From Leptospiraceae bacterium (lineage in GTDB: Bacteria; Spirochaetota; Leptospiria; Leptospirales; Leptonemataceae), in the NCBI GenBank assembly GCA_040217195.1, contig JAVJNR010000007.1, positions 32,001 through 96,000 on the forward strand: a stretch of DNA of 64,000 nt. The letters run 5' to 3'. The position numbers were made by a program, and so were the translations under genes. Numbering within the stretch: position 1 is the stretch's first letter; the number at the start of each line of letters is the position of its first letter. Positions 40,475-50,586 of the stretch are shown piece after piece. The notes under the pieces are model-generated. The model was not told the DNA's origin. It was given only the letters and a program-made list of their open reading frames with translations, and made no database searches.

Positions 40475-41059
40475 TTACTGGTTAATCTGAGCTTCTTCGG
40501 CTGCGGCCTCGAAGGCACGCTGTCCGCCAGGGAACTTAAGATAACCAACACACTGGCAATCTTCCCAGGTCTCGTTTCCACCAGCTTCTACACAATGACC
40601 GGTTCTAGAATCCAGGGAGCAGCAATCGTAAAGACCAATCCCTTTGATTTTACCCCGAGATTGAGTTACAATGGCATATCCAGTAGACTGACCATCAGCC
40701 ACGCCAGAGGCCTGCTCCAGATAGTCACCGATGATCTTGGACAGTCCATCGCCAGCTACCAGGTCACGAGCGGCTCGCCGACAGGTAGTTTGCTTCATGG
40801 CAATACTTCCGTTCTGGATAGCCTGCTGGGAAGCACGGGCTGAAAACTTCAGATAGAGATAGTCTTTGTTATCATCATCGGTACAGTATTCTGCCGGGCT
40901 CATACCTTCCAATGCTTTTGCAGCATCTGGCGCACAGGCCCAACCTTCAAAAACCCATCCATCGCTACCAACGGTGGTTGCATCTCGACGAGCATCTCCA
41001 TAGTTGCACGCTGTGAGGGCAAATACTGCTAAAATTGCGGGTATCAAAACTTTTTTCAT
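40475..41059 (-). CDS. lipL21: LipL21 outer-membrane lipoprotein homologue
   Basis: Lipobox LTAC; DATTVG.DGW.FEGW, KFSARAS, TCRRA, ASGVADG, KGIGLYDC, WEDCQC, KFPGG match L. interrogans LipL21 as recalled. Confidence 0.9.
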   Translation of the reverse strand: MKKVLIPAILAVFALTACNYGDARRDATTVGSDGWVFEGWACAPDAAKALEGMSPAEYCTDDDNKDYLYLKFSARASQQAIQNGSIAMKQTTCRRAARDLVAGDGLSKIIGDYLEQASGVADGQSTGYAIVTQSRGKIKGIGLYDCCSLDSRTGHCVEAGGNETWEDCQCVGYLKFPGGQRAFEAAAEEAQINQ

Positions 41060-41225
41060 TTTCGGAAACTCCTTACCCCAAAAAGTGTTCTGCCGGATGG
41101 CAGAGTCGCTATCTGGCTACAATCAGTTAGAAGGGGACACTAGTCTGCAGTTCAATTTTTTTTCAACACCTTCCGGGAAAATTTCCCAAAATAGTGGTCG
41201 AGCCTCATTTTTGCTCCCTGGCACG

Positions 41226-42743
41226 ATGCTGACCATTCTATTGAGCATTGTACCTAACTGCAGGTCGCAAAGTGTGTGCAATGCCTGGGATAAATTTTAT
41301 CCCACGGACCTGGAATTCAAAGAGACACTTTCGAATTCTACGCTAAGGGGAGCTGGATGCTATAGTAACCCGCTGCCATCCAGGACCACGGATCTGGAAT
41401 TGCTGGATGGGGTGGATCCCTACTCAGATATGAGCATGGAAGTTGAGTGCTCTCTGGACTCCAGCACTCTGCAGGATGAGGCCATTCGCGGCAGGCGATA
41501 TATCAGGATGCTGGACATAAGCCGCAACCAGGAAGTGGCCGTTCTTGCCAGGTTTATTCGCTTAGAAAATCGATGTGGTATTATAGTTCGCCCACGCAAG
41601 CCGCTCAAATATGAAACGTTTTATGCGACCTACTTGATGCGTGGTCCGGCCACTGATAATTTCAAGGAGCCCGCCAGCTTCCGAACCTTGAAGTGGAAGG
41701 CCTTTCGAAATAACATAGATACAGAAACGGATGAACTTTACAGAGATGCACTTACCCGAGCTTCGGAGCGTTGGGGAACTCATCCAGACTCCTTTCGAAT
41801 GATTCAAGCATTTACTACCCGGTCGTTTCGAAGCATTGCCATTCCATCCATCACCGGTCGAAATAACTATTTCGCAATGGCCCGTACCCCTGCACTTCTA
41901 GATTCACTGGACCAGTCGAAACATCCGCTAGTTAATTTTATGGTTGATGCACATCCAGATATACTAAGCGAAGAGGTAGAGCACAGCGATCTTTCAGACG
42001 ATACAGAACTTAATGAAACGGAACGGGAAACTCAACGCTTGATTCTGGTCCGAAGAAATATTCAGACCTTGAGTAGCAATACTGGCCTGCGATCCGGGTT
42101 TGCAGAGATTTCCGGAGCCTGTACAACTCTGCCAGAGCCGGAGCTATGCGATTACCAGGAAGTGGAATTTCCTGATTTACATTTGCGCTATATCCCCTTC
42201 CTCTACGAGCCCAACATTCGAAGCTTTCAGAAAGTAGTCATTATGCCCCTGGAAGCATTTCAACCCGGACAAATAGTGCCGGATATTCTTCGCTGGAAAA
42301 AGAATCTGGCCAGCAGGAAGATTGCGCTGATCGTTTACCTGGGGCCCCCTCCAGCGAATCGCGCTTCAGAACCAGACCATCTTCTAAAAGAACTGATCCA
42401 GGGCGCTCTATCATTTTCGGCCCTACCTGTGACGTCTGGTAGTGAAATTGCTCTCTATTGCAACGAAACAGATTATTGCCCCATGCTTGGATTGCTATCG
42501 AAAAACGTTACAGTACTGGTAGGACCCAATTCTTTTCAGGCAGACCCTGGTTCGCTGCGGCAATCCTTTCCACCTGTGGACTATCGAAAAGATCAGCTCC
42601 GAGCAGGAGTACTGGCCCCATTTCGATTTAGATCATTTCTTCTGGAAATGGATAGAACACTGATTGCTTTAAAGAAGGATCAATTTCATATTCGTAAATC
42701 CGATCCAGAAAGGTGGTTTCAGAGTGATTCCGGAAATGATTAG
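41226..42743 (+). CDS. Hypothetical exported protein/lipoprotein with Ig-like N-terminal region
   Basis: Long ORF; start uncertain (41097/41226); IIVRPRKPLKYETFYA...FTTRS resembles bacterial Ig-like (lipase-N/Big5) motifs. Confidence 0.6.
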   Translation: MLTILLSIVPNCRSQSVCNAWDKFYPTDLEFKETLSNSTLRGAGCYSNPLPSRTTDLELLDGVDPYSDMSMEVECSLDSSTLQDEAIRGRRYIRMLDISRNQEVAVLARFIRLENRCGIIVRPRKPLKYETFYATYLMRGPATDNFKEPASFRTLKWKAFRNNIDTETDELYRDALTRASERWGTHPDSFRMIQAFTTRSFRSIAIPSITGRNNYFAMARTPALLDSLDQSKHPLVNFMVDAHPDILSEEVEHSDLSDDTELNETERETQRLILVRRNIQTLSSNTGLRSGFAEISGACTTLPEPELCDYQEVEFPDLHLRYIPFLYEPNIRSFQKVVIMPLEAFQPGQIVPDILRWKKNLASRKIALIVYLGPPPANRASEPDHLLKELIQGALSFSALPVTSGSEIALYCNETDYCPMLGLLSKNVTVLVGPNSFQADPGSLRQSFPPVDYRKDQLRAGVLAPFRFRSFLLEMDRTLIALKKDQFHIRKSDPERWFQSDSGND

Positions 42744-42782
42744 AATAATAGAGAGAATTTTTCAGCCTGGTTGCTATCGGGC

Positions 42783-44420
42783 ATGAAAGGAATAATCGGG
42801 GAACTTCTCAACCGGAAGGGAATCACACTGATTCTCTATTTGAGTGCGCTCATTCCTTTAATAATCTTTGTAACTTCTATCCTGGCGCCATCCACCGAAT
42901 ATGATCAGGTCTCTGTACCTGTACTGCATACTACAACCATTCGCTTCGCCCAATGGGCCGCGCTGCTTCTAGGAATAATTCTTTCGCTCTTAGTTCGCTG
43001 GCAATTCTCCCAGACTGATGCGGGGCTTAAAGTCAATACTGGTTCAAGTAACGAGAACTTGAGCGCCCGGATCGGTTATGCAATCGTAGGATTGTTCTGT
43101 CTATATCTAGGATTATTTTATCAAAGTGCATACCATTCTTTCTATTTGCAGGAGCACGATTTTCTAAATATTGCTGCTGCCTTACCTCATTCCGGTCTGC
43201 TTGAAACTCCCTATGTAAATACAGGCCCCACAGGGAGTTTTCTGGGACATCATTTTAGCCCCTTTTTGCTATTGCTTAAGCCGGTTTTCTGGGTCTTCTC
43301 GCTGATGCCCCGGGCGGATTACAGCACCTATATGTTGCCTCTGTATCTGGGAGCCTGCCTGGGAGTCTTTCTGTGGTATCGAGCGGGCATTCTTTACATC
43401 AGAAAAACTCATGCATGGCTACTTCCGGTACTGGCCTGTTTTCTAGTCTGTAATCCGTTGATTCTAAGGCTCAGTCTTAGCTTTCACTTTGAAGTATTTG
43501 TTCTACCTCTTTCTGCAGCCTGCCTTTTACTACGAAGCAGCCGTTGGTACTGGTTATCCCTTCTTCTTCTCTTGATGGTAAAAGAAGACATCGCTCTTTA
43601 TGTCTTCTTGCTCTCTGGATCATTCTTTCTTTTTAACTGGAGAGCCAACCGATCCGAACCAGGACTGCAAGGAGGCTCACCTGCATTCAATCCGGAGAAC
43701 CAGAGACGTCTCAAGTTCACAACTATCGCCTCTGGAATCTATCTACTGCTGGCTATCCTGAGTCAGAGGACTCTGGCAGGTGGCACAGGCGCAGATTGGT
43801 CCCATTACTGGCTGGAAGCTTTCGAATGGAAGGGAACACAATCCACCGGCTTTCTTCTTATTTTACTGGCAGGCGGATGGATGGCTCTGGTTCAACCACG
43901 GTTAACCCTGCCTTTGATCCTGATTCTAATACTTCATGCATTGTCCAGACATCCGTGGCATAATAGCTTTCAGAGTCATTATGTCTATTCGGTATTGCCT
44001 ATTATTCTAATTGGAGTTTTCTTTCTTGGAACCAGGGGTTTTGTACTTCTACTACCGTTGATGCTATTTGCAGGTTTGCTGGATCGAAGCACACCGTTGC
44101 CCTTGCTGGAAAAAAGATCCTATGATACACTGCACATTCTGAATCAAATAGAATCCAATAGCTGTGTGCGAAGCTCCAGGCACATTTCGGTGAGAATCCC
44201 TTTGAGTAGCCGCCCCTTTCCTTTATACCCTATTGAAGGAAATCCCATGGCCAGCACCGACCTATGTCAGCCGCCGCCAGAAGAAGGTTGTCAGAGAATG
44301 TACTTACTACTTGAATCTCAGGATACGCCCAGGCTGCATGGCTGCCAGGTGCAGGAACTTCGCTTTCGTGCAAATACGGAGCATTTAAACCTCTTTGAGT
44401 ATGTCCAACCAGGCAACTGA
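42783..44420 (+). CDS. DUF2079-like GT-C membrane glycosyltransferase
   Basis: Many TMs; SFLGHHFSP, FHFE, MVKED, SHY motifs. Confidence 0.75.
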   Translation: MKGIIGELLNRKGITLILYLSALIPLIIFVTSILAPSTEYDQVSVPVLHTTTIRFAQWAALLLGIILSLLVRWQFSQTDAGLKVNTGSSNENLSARIGYAIVGLFCLYLGLFYQSAYHSFYLQEHDFLNIAAALPHSGLLETPYVNTGPTGSFLGHHFSPFLLLLKPVFWVFSLMPRADYSTYMLPLYLGACLGVFLWYRAGILYIRKTHAWLLPVLACFLVCNPLILRLSLSFHFEVFVLPLSAACLLLRSSRWYWLSLLLLLMVKEDIALYVFLLSGSFFLFNWRANRSEPGLQGGSPAFNPENQRRLKFTTIASGIYLLLAILSQRTLAGGTGADWSHYWLEAFEWKGTQSTGFLLILLAGGWMALVQPRLTLPLILILILHALSRHPWHNSFQSHYVYSVLPIILIGVFFLGTRGFVLLLPLMLFAGLLDRSTPLPLLEKRSYDTLHILNQIESNSCVRSSRHISVRIPLSSRPFPLYPIEGNPMASTDLCQPPPEEGCQRMYLLLESQDTPRLHGCQVQELRFRANTEHLNLFEYVQPGN

Positions 44421-45570
44421 AATACTGATAATCGATGACGATCCAGCCATTCGAGATCTGGTCTCAAATTTTCTAAATAATCAGGGATTCGAGGCGCTAT
44501 GTGCTTCGACTGGAGAGGAAGGAATTGCATTATCCATTCGACACAGACCGGCCCTTATACTTTGCGACTATGGCCTTCCTGGAATCGATGGTCTGGAAGT
44601 ATGCGAAGCTTTAAGAGATAGGCAGGATCTGGAATCAAGCTATTTCATACTGCTGACTGCCAGCGGTGACATGGACAGTAAAGTAGCCGCTTTTGATCGC
44701 GGAGTGGATGATTTCATCACCAAACCATTCGATTTCCGGGAATTGCGTTCCAGAATTAAAGCGGGAATGCGTATTTTCCATTTGAATGAAGCATTGCGTA
44801 GACGGCAAGCTATCATGGACTTCGACCTGAATCAGGCCCGAGAATATGTTCGCAGTCAGATCCCCGGGCCCATGAAAGATGAGAAAGCCTGGATCGATTA
44901 CATCTATCGCCCCAGCCATACCCTGGGTGGCGATATGTTTCACTTTGACTGGATTGATGAATGCCTTCGATTTTTCGTACTTGATGTCTCGGGCCATGGC
45001 ATTGGATCATCCCTTTTATCCGTAACTGCTCACCAGCTTCTGGTTAGTGGAAGACTACAGGCAAATCCATTGGATCCGGTGGAAGTGCTGAAAGAATTGA
45101 ACCGGGCCTTCCCCATGGAAAAGCAAAACCGACTCTTCTTTACTATCTGGTATGGTATATATGACTTTAAGAGCCAGACCCTGAGTTATGGCTCTGCAGG
45201 CCACCCACAGGGATTTTTGATGGAGGCCGATGGAACTTCGCATATCTTAATGAAGGGCGGAATCCCAATTGGAATGATACGAGATTTTCAGTATCGAAAC
45301 AATCAACTAATCCTGGAAAAACCATTTATAATCTGTCTGTTCTCGGATGGACTCTACGAAGATGAGTCTATCCCACCGGATTTTAACGGAAGCCTGGACT
45401 CTTTTCATAAATTGCTTAATCGTATTCCGGACAAAGAATCCGCTCCTGGCGTCTGGGGCGGAACAGTCTTGCAATGGCTGTACACTGAGGCCAAATGTCT
45501 GAGTCCAAGGGAAGACGATGTAACTCTAATTGTGGGCGAAGTGGATCAAGCCGGCCGCTCTGGATCGTAA
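44401..45570 (+). CDS. Response regulator with SpoIIE/PP2C phosphatase output (RsbU-like)
   Basis: REC (IIDDD, LCDYGLP, FITKPF); PP2C LGGDMF, LDVSGHG, SAGHP, FSDGL, EDDVT. Confidence 0.93.
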   Translation: MSNQATEILIIDDDPAIRDLVSNFLNNQGFEALCASTGEEGIALSIRHRPALILCDYGLPGIDGLEVCEALRDRQDLESSYFILLTASGDMDSKVAAFDRGVDDFITKPFDFRELRSRIKAGMRIFHLNEALRRRQAIMDFDLNQAREYVRSQIPGPMKDEKAWIDYIYRPSHTLGGDMFHFDWIDECLRFFVLDVSGHGIGSSLLSVTAHQLLVSGRLQANPLDPVEVLKELNRAFPMEKQNRLFFTIWYGIYDFKSQTLSYGSAGHPQGFLMEADGTSHILMKGGIPIGMIRDFQYRNNQLILEKPFIICLFSDGLYEDESIPPDFNGSLDSFHKLLNRIPDKESAPGVWGGTVLQWLYTEAKCLSPREDDVTLIVGEVDQAGRSGS

Positions 45571-46529
45571 TCAATCCGATTCCGGCCATTTGCTTTGGCA
45601 TTGTAGAGTCCCCGGTCTGCGCTTCGCACTAGTTCATCGCCTTTACTCATTGGAGGCCCGAATGAGGATACTCCAATGCTTACAGTAACGTGATCTGTCA
45701 CAGTGCTCGTTCGATGAGGGATGCCCAGATTCTCCACACCGTTCAAAATCTTCCGAGCCACCACTTCAGCTCCTGTCAGATCGGTGCCGGGTAGTATGAT
45801 CACAAATTCCTCTCCGCCGTACCGCGCCGCAAGATCACCTGGTCTGGCAAGGCTTTCGCGAAGAATCCTTGCAATACCAATTAAGCAAAGATCTCCTTCC
45901 TGATGCCCATAAGTATCATTGAATGGCTTAAAGAAGTCTACATCGATCATTAACAGACTGAGTGGCTGATCATTTCGAACAGCACGGTTGAATTCAATTT
46001 CAAGAACAGCATCAAAATGACGGCGATTGGGAATATCCGTCAGAGGATCAATCATTGAGATCTTTTTCAGCTCTTCGTTGGCCCGAGCCAGCTTTATGGT
46101 CATCTCCACAAGCTCCTTCTCATGGGCACGCCTGCGGTCCATCTCTCGTTTCAAACGTATGGCTGCGTTCACTCGAGCCAGAAATTCAATCTTGTTGAAT
46201 GGTTTGCTGATGAAGTCCATGGCCCCTGCCCGAAAAGCCCGGGCCAGATAGTCCTGAGGAGAATGGGCAGTCATCATGATGACTGGAATCTCTGCGTACT
46301 TGTTGCTGGCCTTGATAGTTCGGGTGGCTTCAATTCCATCGGTTCCAGGAAGAGAAATATCCAGAAGTATTAAATCGAATTTTGGCGCACCTTCCCCATC
46401 CAGCTCCAGTACGGAAAAAGCAGCCTCGGCCGAATCTACAGCTTCAATACCCGGATAACCATCCTGCGAAAGAAATGTTTTCGCTAGAAGCTGATCGTCC
46501 GGATTATCATCCACGACCAGAATTTTCAT
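45546..46529 (-). CDS. REC-GGDEF diguanylate cyclase (WspR/PleD-like)
   Basis: REC ILLDISLP; DPLTDIPNRR, IDVDFFKPFNDTYGHQEGD, I-site RPGD, active site GGEEF. Confidence 0.95.
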   Translation of the reverse strand: MKILVVDDNPDDQLLAKTFLSQDGYPGIEAVDSAEAAFSVLELDGEGAPKFDLILLDISLPGTDGIEATRTIKASNKYAEIPVIMMTAHSPQDYLARAFRAGAMDFISKPFNKIEFLARVNAAIRLKREMDRRRAHEKELVEMTIKLARANEELKKISMIDPLTDIPNRRHFDAVLEIEFNRAVRNDQPLSLLMIDVDFFKPFNDTYGHQEGDLCLIGIARILRESLARPGDLAARYGGEEFVIILPGTDLTGAEVVARKILNGVENLGIPHRTSTVTDHVTVSIGVSSFGPPMSKGDELVRSADRGLYNAKANGRNRIDYDPERPA

Positions 46530-46835
46530 TTACCAATCTTCCGACTCAACAAACTCGATTTCCACGGAATTCAGGTAATCATCAAGCTCGGTGATAGCCG
46601 ATTGAATGCTTGCTCCATCGCTTTCTTTGGCAGCATCCTTAATCTGTTTGCCTTTTTCTGTTAGAAAGTGGAACCCATAGCCGCCACCAGAACCCTTCAT
46701 ACGGTGTCCGTGAATCCGAAGATTCTCCCAGTCTTCCGTGGACAAATAGTCCTTAAAGTCCTGGATGGTTTTGCGAATACCATCCAGATAACCTGGAATG
46801 AGATCCTCCAGATCTTTGCTTATCTCCACCTTCAT
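46530..46835 (-). CDS. Stand-alone Hpt phosphotransfer protein
   Basis: HGHRMKGSGGGYGF; abuts the cyclase; start 46835 or 46883. Confidence 0.9.
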   Translation of the reverse strand: MKVEISKDLEDLIPGYLDGIRKTIQDFKDYLSTEDWENLRIHGHRMKGSGGGYGFHFLTEKGKQIKDAAKESDGASIQSAITELDDYLNSVEIEFVESEDW

Positions 46836-46958
46836 TGAAGTGGATGATGAGGGGCCAGCCTTCAGCATCAAGGATTTTATCAATTGGAACTGTTCTTTTC
46901 AGCAATGTCTGAAATCGGCCTGCTATTCAACTCCCAATCGCAAGAAAATCAGATTCTA

Positions 46959-47504
46959 TTATGGTGTTGCGCCGTACTGACCCCGGTAAGCCCCTACCAT
47001 GGATCTATGTATATTCCGGGCCAGCTCTCTGAGCAGACGCTGCCTGGCCTGGAACTCCGATTCCGGAAACCCTTCCCGAGGGGAATAATGCACGGTTGCA
47101 CTCTCTTCAGATGAAAGGATTACTCTTCCGGTAGGCTTCTCCCTCATTCTAATCCGGGCGCCAATAATGAGTTCATACCTGGTCGGGTTTCGAAGATTGT
47201 CGTAAAGTCTGCCTTCTTTTCTATAGAGAGTTATCTCACCGTAGAGTCCCAGCCTGGCATCATCTGGCTCTGGAGTAATAAGAAAGTCCTTTTTGGAATG
47301 AATCTCTTCTCTTAGAATACGGTTCAACTCTACCTGGGTATCGGCATCGAATGTACTGTTGGAAAAATTGAACAGATAGAGTGTACGGTCCTCTTCCGGA
47401 AATTCCTTCAAGTCCGGATAGATACAGGAAGATAGCCCGATAGCAAGCAACACAATCAACCCGGCCAGGATTCGCTTCAGTGTATTTGAAACGCCAGAGC
47501 CCAT
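46959..47504 (-). CDS. LptE-like lipoprotein
   Basis: Lipobox LSSC; YLFNFSNST, LNRILREEI, ARLGLYGEI, C-terminal helix RELARNI. Confidence 0.7.
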   Translation of the reverse strand: MGSGVSNTLKRILAGLIVLLAIGLSSCIYPDLKEFPEEDRTLYLFNFSNSTFDADTQVELNRILREEIHSKKDFLITPEPDDARLGLYGEITLYRKEGRLYDNLRNPTRYELIIGARIRMREKPTGRVILSSEESATVHYSPREGFPESEFQARQRLLRELARNIHRSMVGAYRGQYGATP

Positions 47505-47506
47505 AC

Positions 47507-48592
47507 TTAAAGCCCCGGTCCCGATGGAATCGGTACTGCCGGATCGCCTCCAGGCTGCATTTGTTGGAGTCCTCGAATGTAGCCGATTGTGCGCTCCACG
47601 GTTTGGCGATCAATGACCTGAACTCCATCAAGTGCCGGAGAACTCATTAACAATAATTCTACATCCTGGATTAACAGAGGTTCCAGCGGCTTTCGCACCT
47701 CTACTTCCATCGTCTCCACTTCTTCCCCTTCGATTCCGGCCACCATATTAGCTTCCAGTAGAGGCTCGGCTTTTTCCCAGAGTTTTTCCGGATCCTGACT
47801 GTATTCAAAGGTAAAAAACTTGATTTGATACTGACGAATGACTGTATCCAGGGGATTGGAAAATTGAGCCGATGCCTCTTCGCCCTTTTTGTTTTGCCAG
47901 ACCATAATGGGAGGCCCATCCTTTTGTTGCTTTTCCTTGCGAAATAAATGCACAGTGAAAGGAAGCCCCTGGATTGCAGTTGCACCGGCATCCTTGTCTA
48001 AAGCAGAAAGCAAGCTCACTTCCATTTCAATTGTACTCGATGCAGTGGGATAAAGAAATACTCGCCGCTCAAGAAAATTGGTTCGCTCGGAGTCCAGCCG
48101 ATCCATGGTATACTTTGCGATTAGATAAGCCTCTCCTTCATTTTCCGGCCGGTTCGCCACGGCAAATAGCTTTCCATTCCTGTCTTTATTGGCCGCACAG
48201 AGTTTGAACAGGGCTTCACTGGCTGGAATCAGTTCCACGCAAATTGTTTCTTCGCTCTGACCAAAGAGTTCTTCAGGGAATTGCTTACGAACTTCCCCTT
48301 CCAGGGCATACAATCCCTGCATTTTCAGTTCTTCAAATTCACTGAACAGATTCGGAACCGAAGTGCTGGCTCTGTAGCGATAGCTCCGATCATTCTCTTT
48401 GAACGATACATAAAACCGATCGCCCTTGAATGAGGACTGCTTTTCGAACGATAGATCCCCATATTTGATGGTCTGAAGATCCAGTTTCCAGACCACCGGC
48501 TCTTTGCTCTTCTCTATATCCAGGAAAAGAAAAACACCCAGGGCAATCAAAGATACCATTAGAACCCAGAGCGAAACAGGTACTTTCTTCAC
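47507..48592 (-). CDS. Membrane-anchored periplasmic protein (DUF4340-like position in the gld operon)
   Basis: N-terminal TM; overlaps the GldG-like gene by 4 bp; family inferred from context. Confidence 0.55.
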   Translation of the reverse strand: MKKVPVSLWVLMVSLIALGVFLFLDIEKSKEPVVWKLDLQTIKYGDLSFEKQSSFKGDRFYVSFKENDRSYRYRASTSVPNLFSEFEELKMQGLYALEGEVRKQFPEELFGQSEETICVELIPASEALFKLCAANKDRNGKLFAVANRPENEGEAYLIAKYTMDRLDSERTNFLERRVFLYPTASSTIEMEVSLLSALDKDAGATAIQGLPFTVHLFRKEKQQKDGPPIMVWQNKKGEEASAQFSNPLDTVIRQYQIKFFTFEYSQDPEKLWEKAEPLLEANMVAGIEGEEVETMEVEVRKPLEPLLIQDVELLLMSSPALDGVQVIDRQTVERTIGYIRGLQQMQPGGDPAVPIPSGPGL

Positions 48593-50586
48593 TTGTCCTT
48601 GCCTTCGAATCTACGATTCTTTCTATAGAAATAAATTGCCAGACCCAGAGCCATCGAAAGGCCCAGAGGAAATACAACAATTCCCAAAATCAAATTACGC
48701 AGCTTCAACTCTTCCGTTATCTGAATGGATCGATCCGTTCTTGGCTCAGCCGGTAGAGCTGCAGCTACTTCGCTTTCAGTCATCCAGAACAGTGTATCCG
48801 CGGCTAGAATTGGATTTCTATGGTCTGCCTGATATCGAATGCCAGCCTCGGAAATCCATGCGATATCCGAATAGATAGCGATTCGAGTATCCCTGGCCGG
48901 ATTTTCGATAGCAAGCCCCAGAGGAAATCTACCCTGGCTTTCTCCTGGATCCTGTTTTCCGTTTCGATTACGATCCAATGTGGTTCCAAACGGTGAATAC
49001 AGAAATACCTGAGTCTTGAATTCGTCCGACTTTTTCTCTGGCGTTTTTTCAGAATTCGTTTCCGGTTTCTCTGGTTCTTGAGGATTCGCACCTTCTGGAG
49101 AAGGATTCTCTTCGTTTTCTTCAGCGCCGTTGGTGTTTTGTTCTATGATTGCCGGGGCCTTTCGATCCATCTCTTCGAAGTAACCGGTGCCCGCATAAAC
49201 GATAGCTGCCCGTCCACCCAGGTTCAGGTTTTCGGTCATTCTATGGGTTTCGAATTGCTGAATAAATAGCTCCCCCGGCCTACGTGGGTTATGACTTAAC
49301 AGAGCCTTCTCATGTGTGTACGGGGATTGTAATTCTTCTAGCAACCATTCAAAGTTTTCGTCCCCGGCCGGATCAATTAATATCATTATCCGTCCGCCCT
49401 TCTTTGCATAATCCAGAATCGCTTTGCGAGCCTCTTCGCCGTAGGGCGCGGTGGGCCCAGCAAGAACCACAGCATCTGCATCGTCCGGAATAGGTCCTGG
49501 CCAGTCAGCGCCTGCTCCCAGGTCTCTCAATCGATAATTATAGAAGCGAATCAATTCACGAAACGTCTCCAGAGAGTTTGGATTGGCTGCAGCTCTCTGC
49601 AAAGCAATTCGCTCCCCATTGGCCGCAGGAAAATATACCATACGAGGTGGAGAAGAAACCTGCAACATGGCCCGAACAGATTCTCGCTCAAGCCTTTCCA
49701 TATCCTTCCGGGTATATACATACACTCGACGGTCGACATAGGGACGATCATCTGCTTCCACGTTTCCCTTTTTCAATGAGCGAACAATGATTGTGCCATT
49801 GGATACTCGACCAAATTCATCGGACTGAAAATCTGCAAGATCTGCGTTGTGAAACTCAAGAGTAATGGAAGAGTTAATATTAGGCAACTGCTGCAGCATC
49901 ACTCTAACATCCTCACCGATTTGATAGAGCTCGGGCATGGTCTTGCTCACTTCCTTATCTCGGATGGCCTGCTTCACTGGAAGAAATGCATGAACCTCCA
50001 CTTTTCCATCCAGAGTGGAGATGATCTTTCGAGACTCTTCGCTATAGGAAAAATATCCAGGAGAGAAATCCAGAGTTGGGTTTCGCATGGCAGCCAGGTA
50101 ATTCAAAGCAGAAAACAAGGCCAGAGCAGCCAGAACACCAAGGGAAGCCCGGACCGCATTTCTTTCCCTGGATTGCTGACCGGATAAACTGGCACGGGAA
50201 CTATATTCCAATCCGGTAGAAATTCGCAGTAAAACAGCGCCAATGAATCCAAACAAAAAGACGATCAACAAAAATAAGCGCATTCGCGCAGCAACACTAT
50301 CGTCTTCTCCATGAATCTGACTTCGAACAATAAAAAAGATCAGTGCGGCTACAGTAAGGCCCCAGCTGGTATAGATTGTATTCCATCGACCCTCCAGAGT
50401 AGAATCCTTTCGATTCAGTAGCAATAGAATTGGATCAGCCAGAAGTAGTAGCAATCCCAGAACAAATAGAAAGATTCCGGTGGCGGAGTTTAAGTACTGA
50501 AAGGCCATCAGGGCGGTGATACCTCCAGAAAGAAGGGTCCATCCGCCAATTCGCTTGATCGTTTCTCGCATAGTCTGGATATTCAT
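48589..50586 (-). CDS. GldG-like ABC-transporter auxiliary protein
   Basis: N-terminal TMs, DFSPGYFSYSEESRKI, IPDDADAVVLAGPT, GGRIMILID, NPILAADTLFWM, C-terminal TM. Confidence 0.85.
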   Translation of the reverse strand: MNIQTMRETIKRIGGWTLLSGGITALMAFQYLNSATGIFLFVLGLLLLLADPILLLLNRKDSTLEGRWNTIYTSWGLTVAALIFFIVRSQIHGEDDSVAARMRLFLLIVFLFGFIGAVLLRISTGLEYSSRASLSGQQSRERNAVRASLGVLAALALFSALNYLAAMRNPTLDFSPGYFSYSEESRKIISTLDGKVEVHAFLPVKQAIRDKEVSKTMPELYQIGEDVRVMLQQLPNINSSITLEFHNADLADFQSDEFGRVSNGTIIVRSLKKGNVEADDRPYVDRRVYVYTRKDMERLERESVRAMLQVSSPPRMVYFPAANGERIALQRAAANPNSLETFRELIRFYNYRLRDLGAGADWPGPIPDDADAVVLAGPTAPYGEEARKAILDYAKKGGRIMILIDPAGDENFEWLLEELQSPYTHEKALLSHNPRRPGELFIQQFETHRMTENLNLGGRAAIVYAGTGYFEEMDRKAPAIIEQNTNGAEENEENPSPEGANPQEPEKPETNSEKTPEKKSDEFKTQVFLYSPFGTTLDRNRNGKQDPGESQGRFPLGLAIENPARDTRIAIYSDIAWISEAGIRYQADHRNPILAADTLFWMTESEVAAALPAEPRTDRSIQITEELKLRNLILGIVVFPLGLSMALGLAIYFYRKNRRFEGKDK

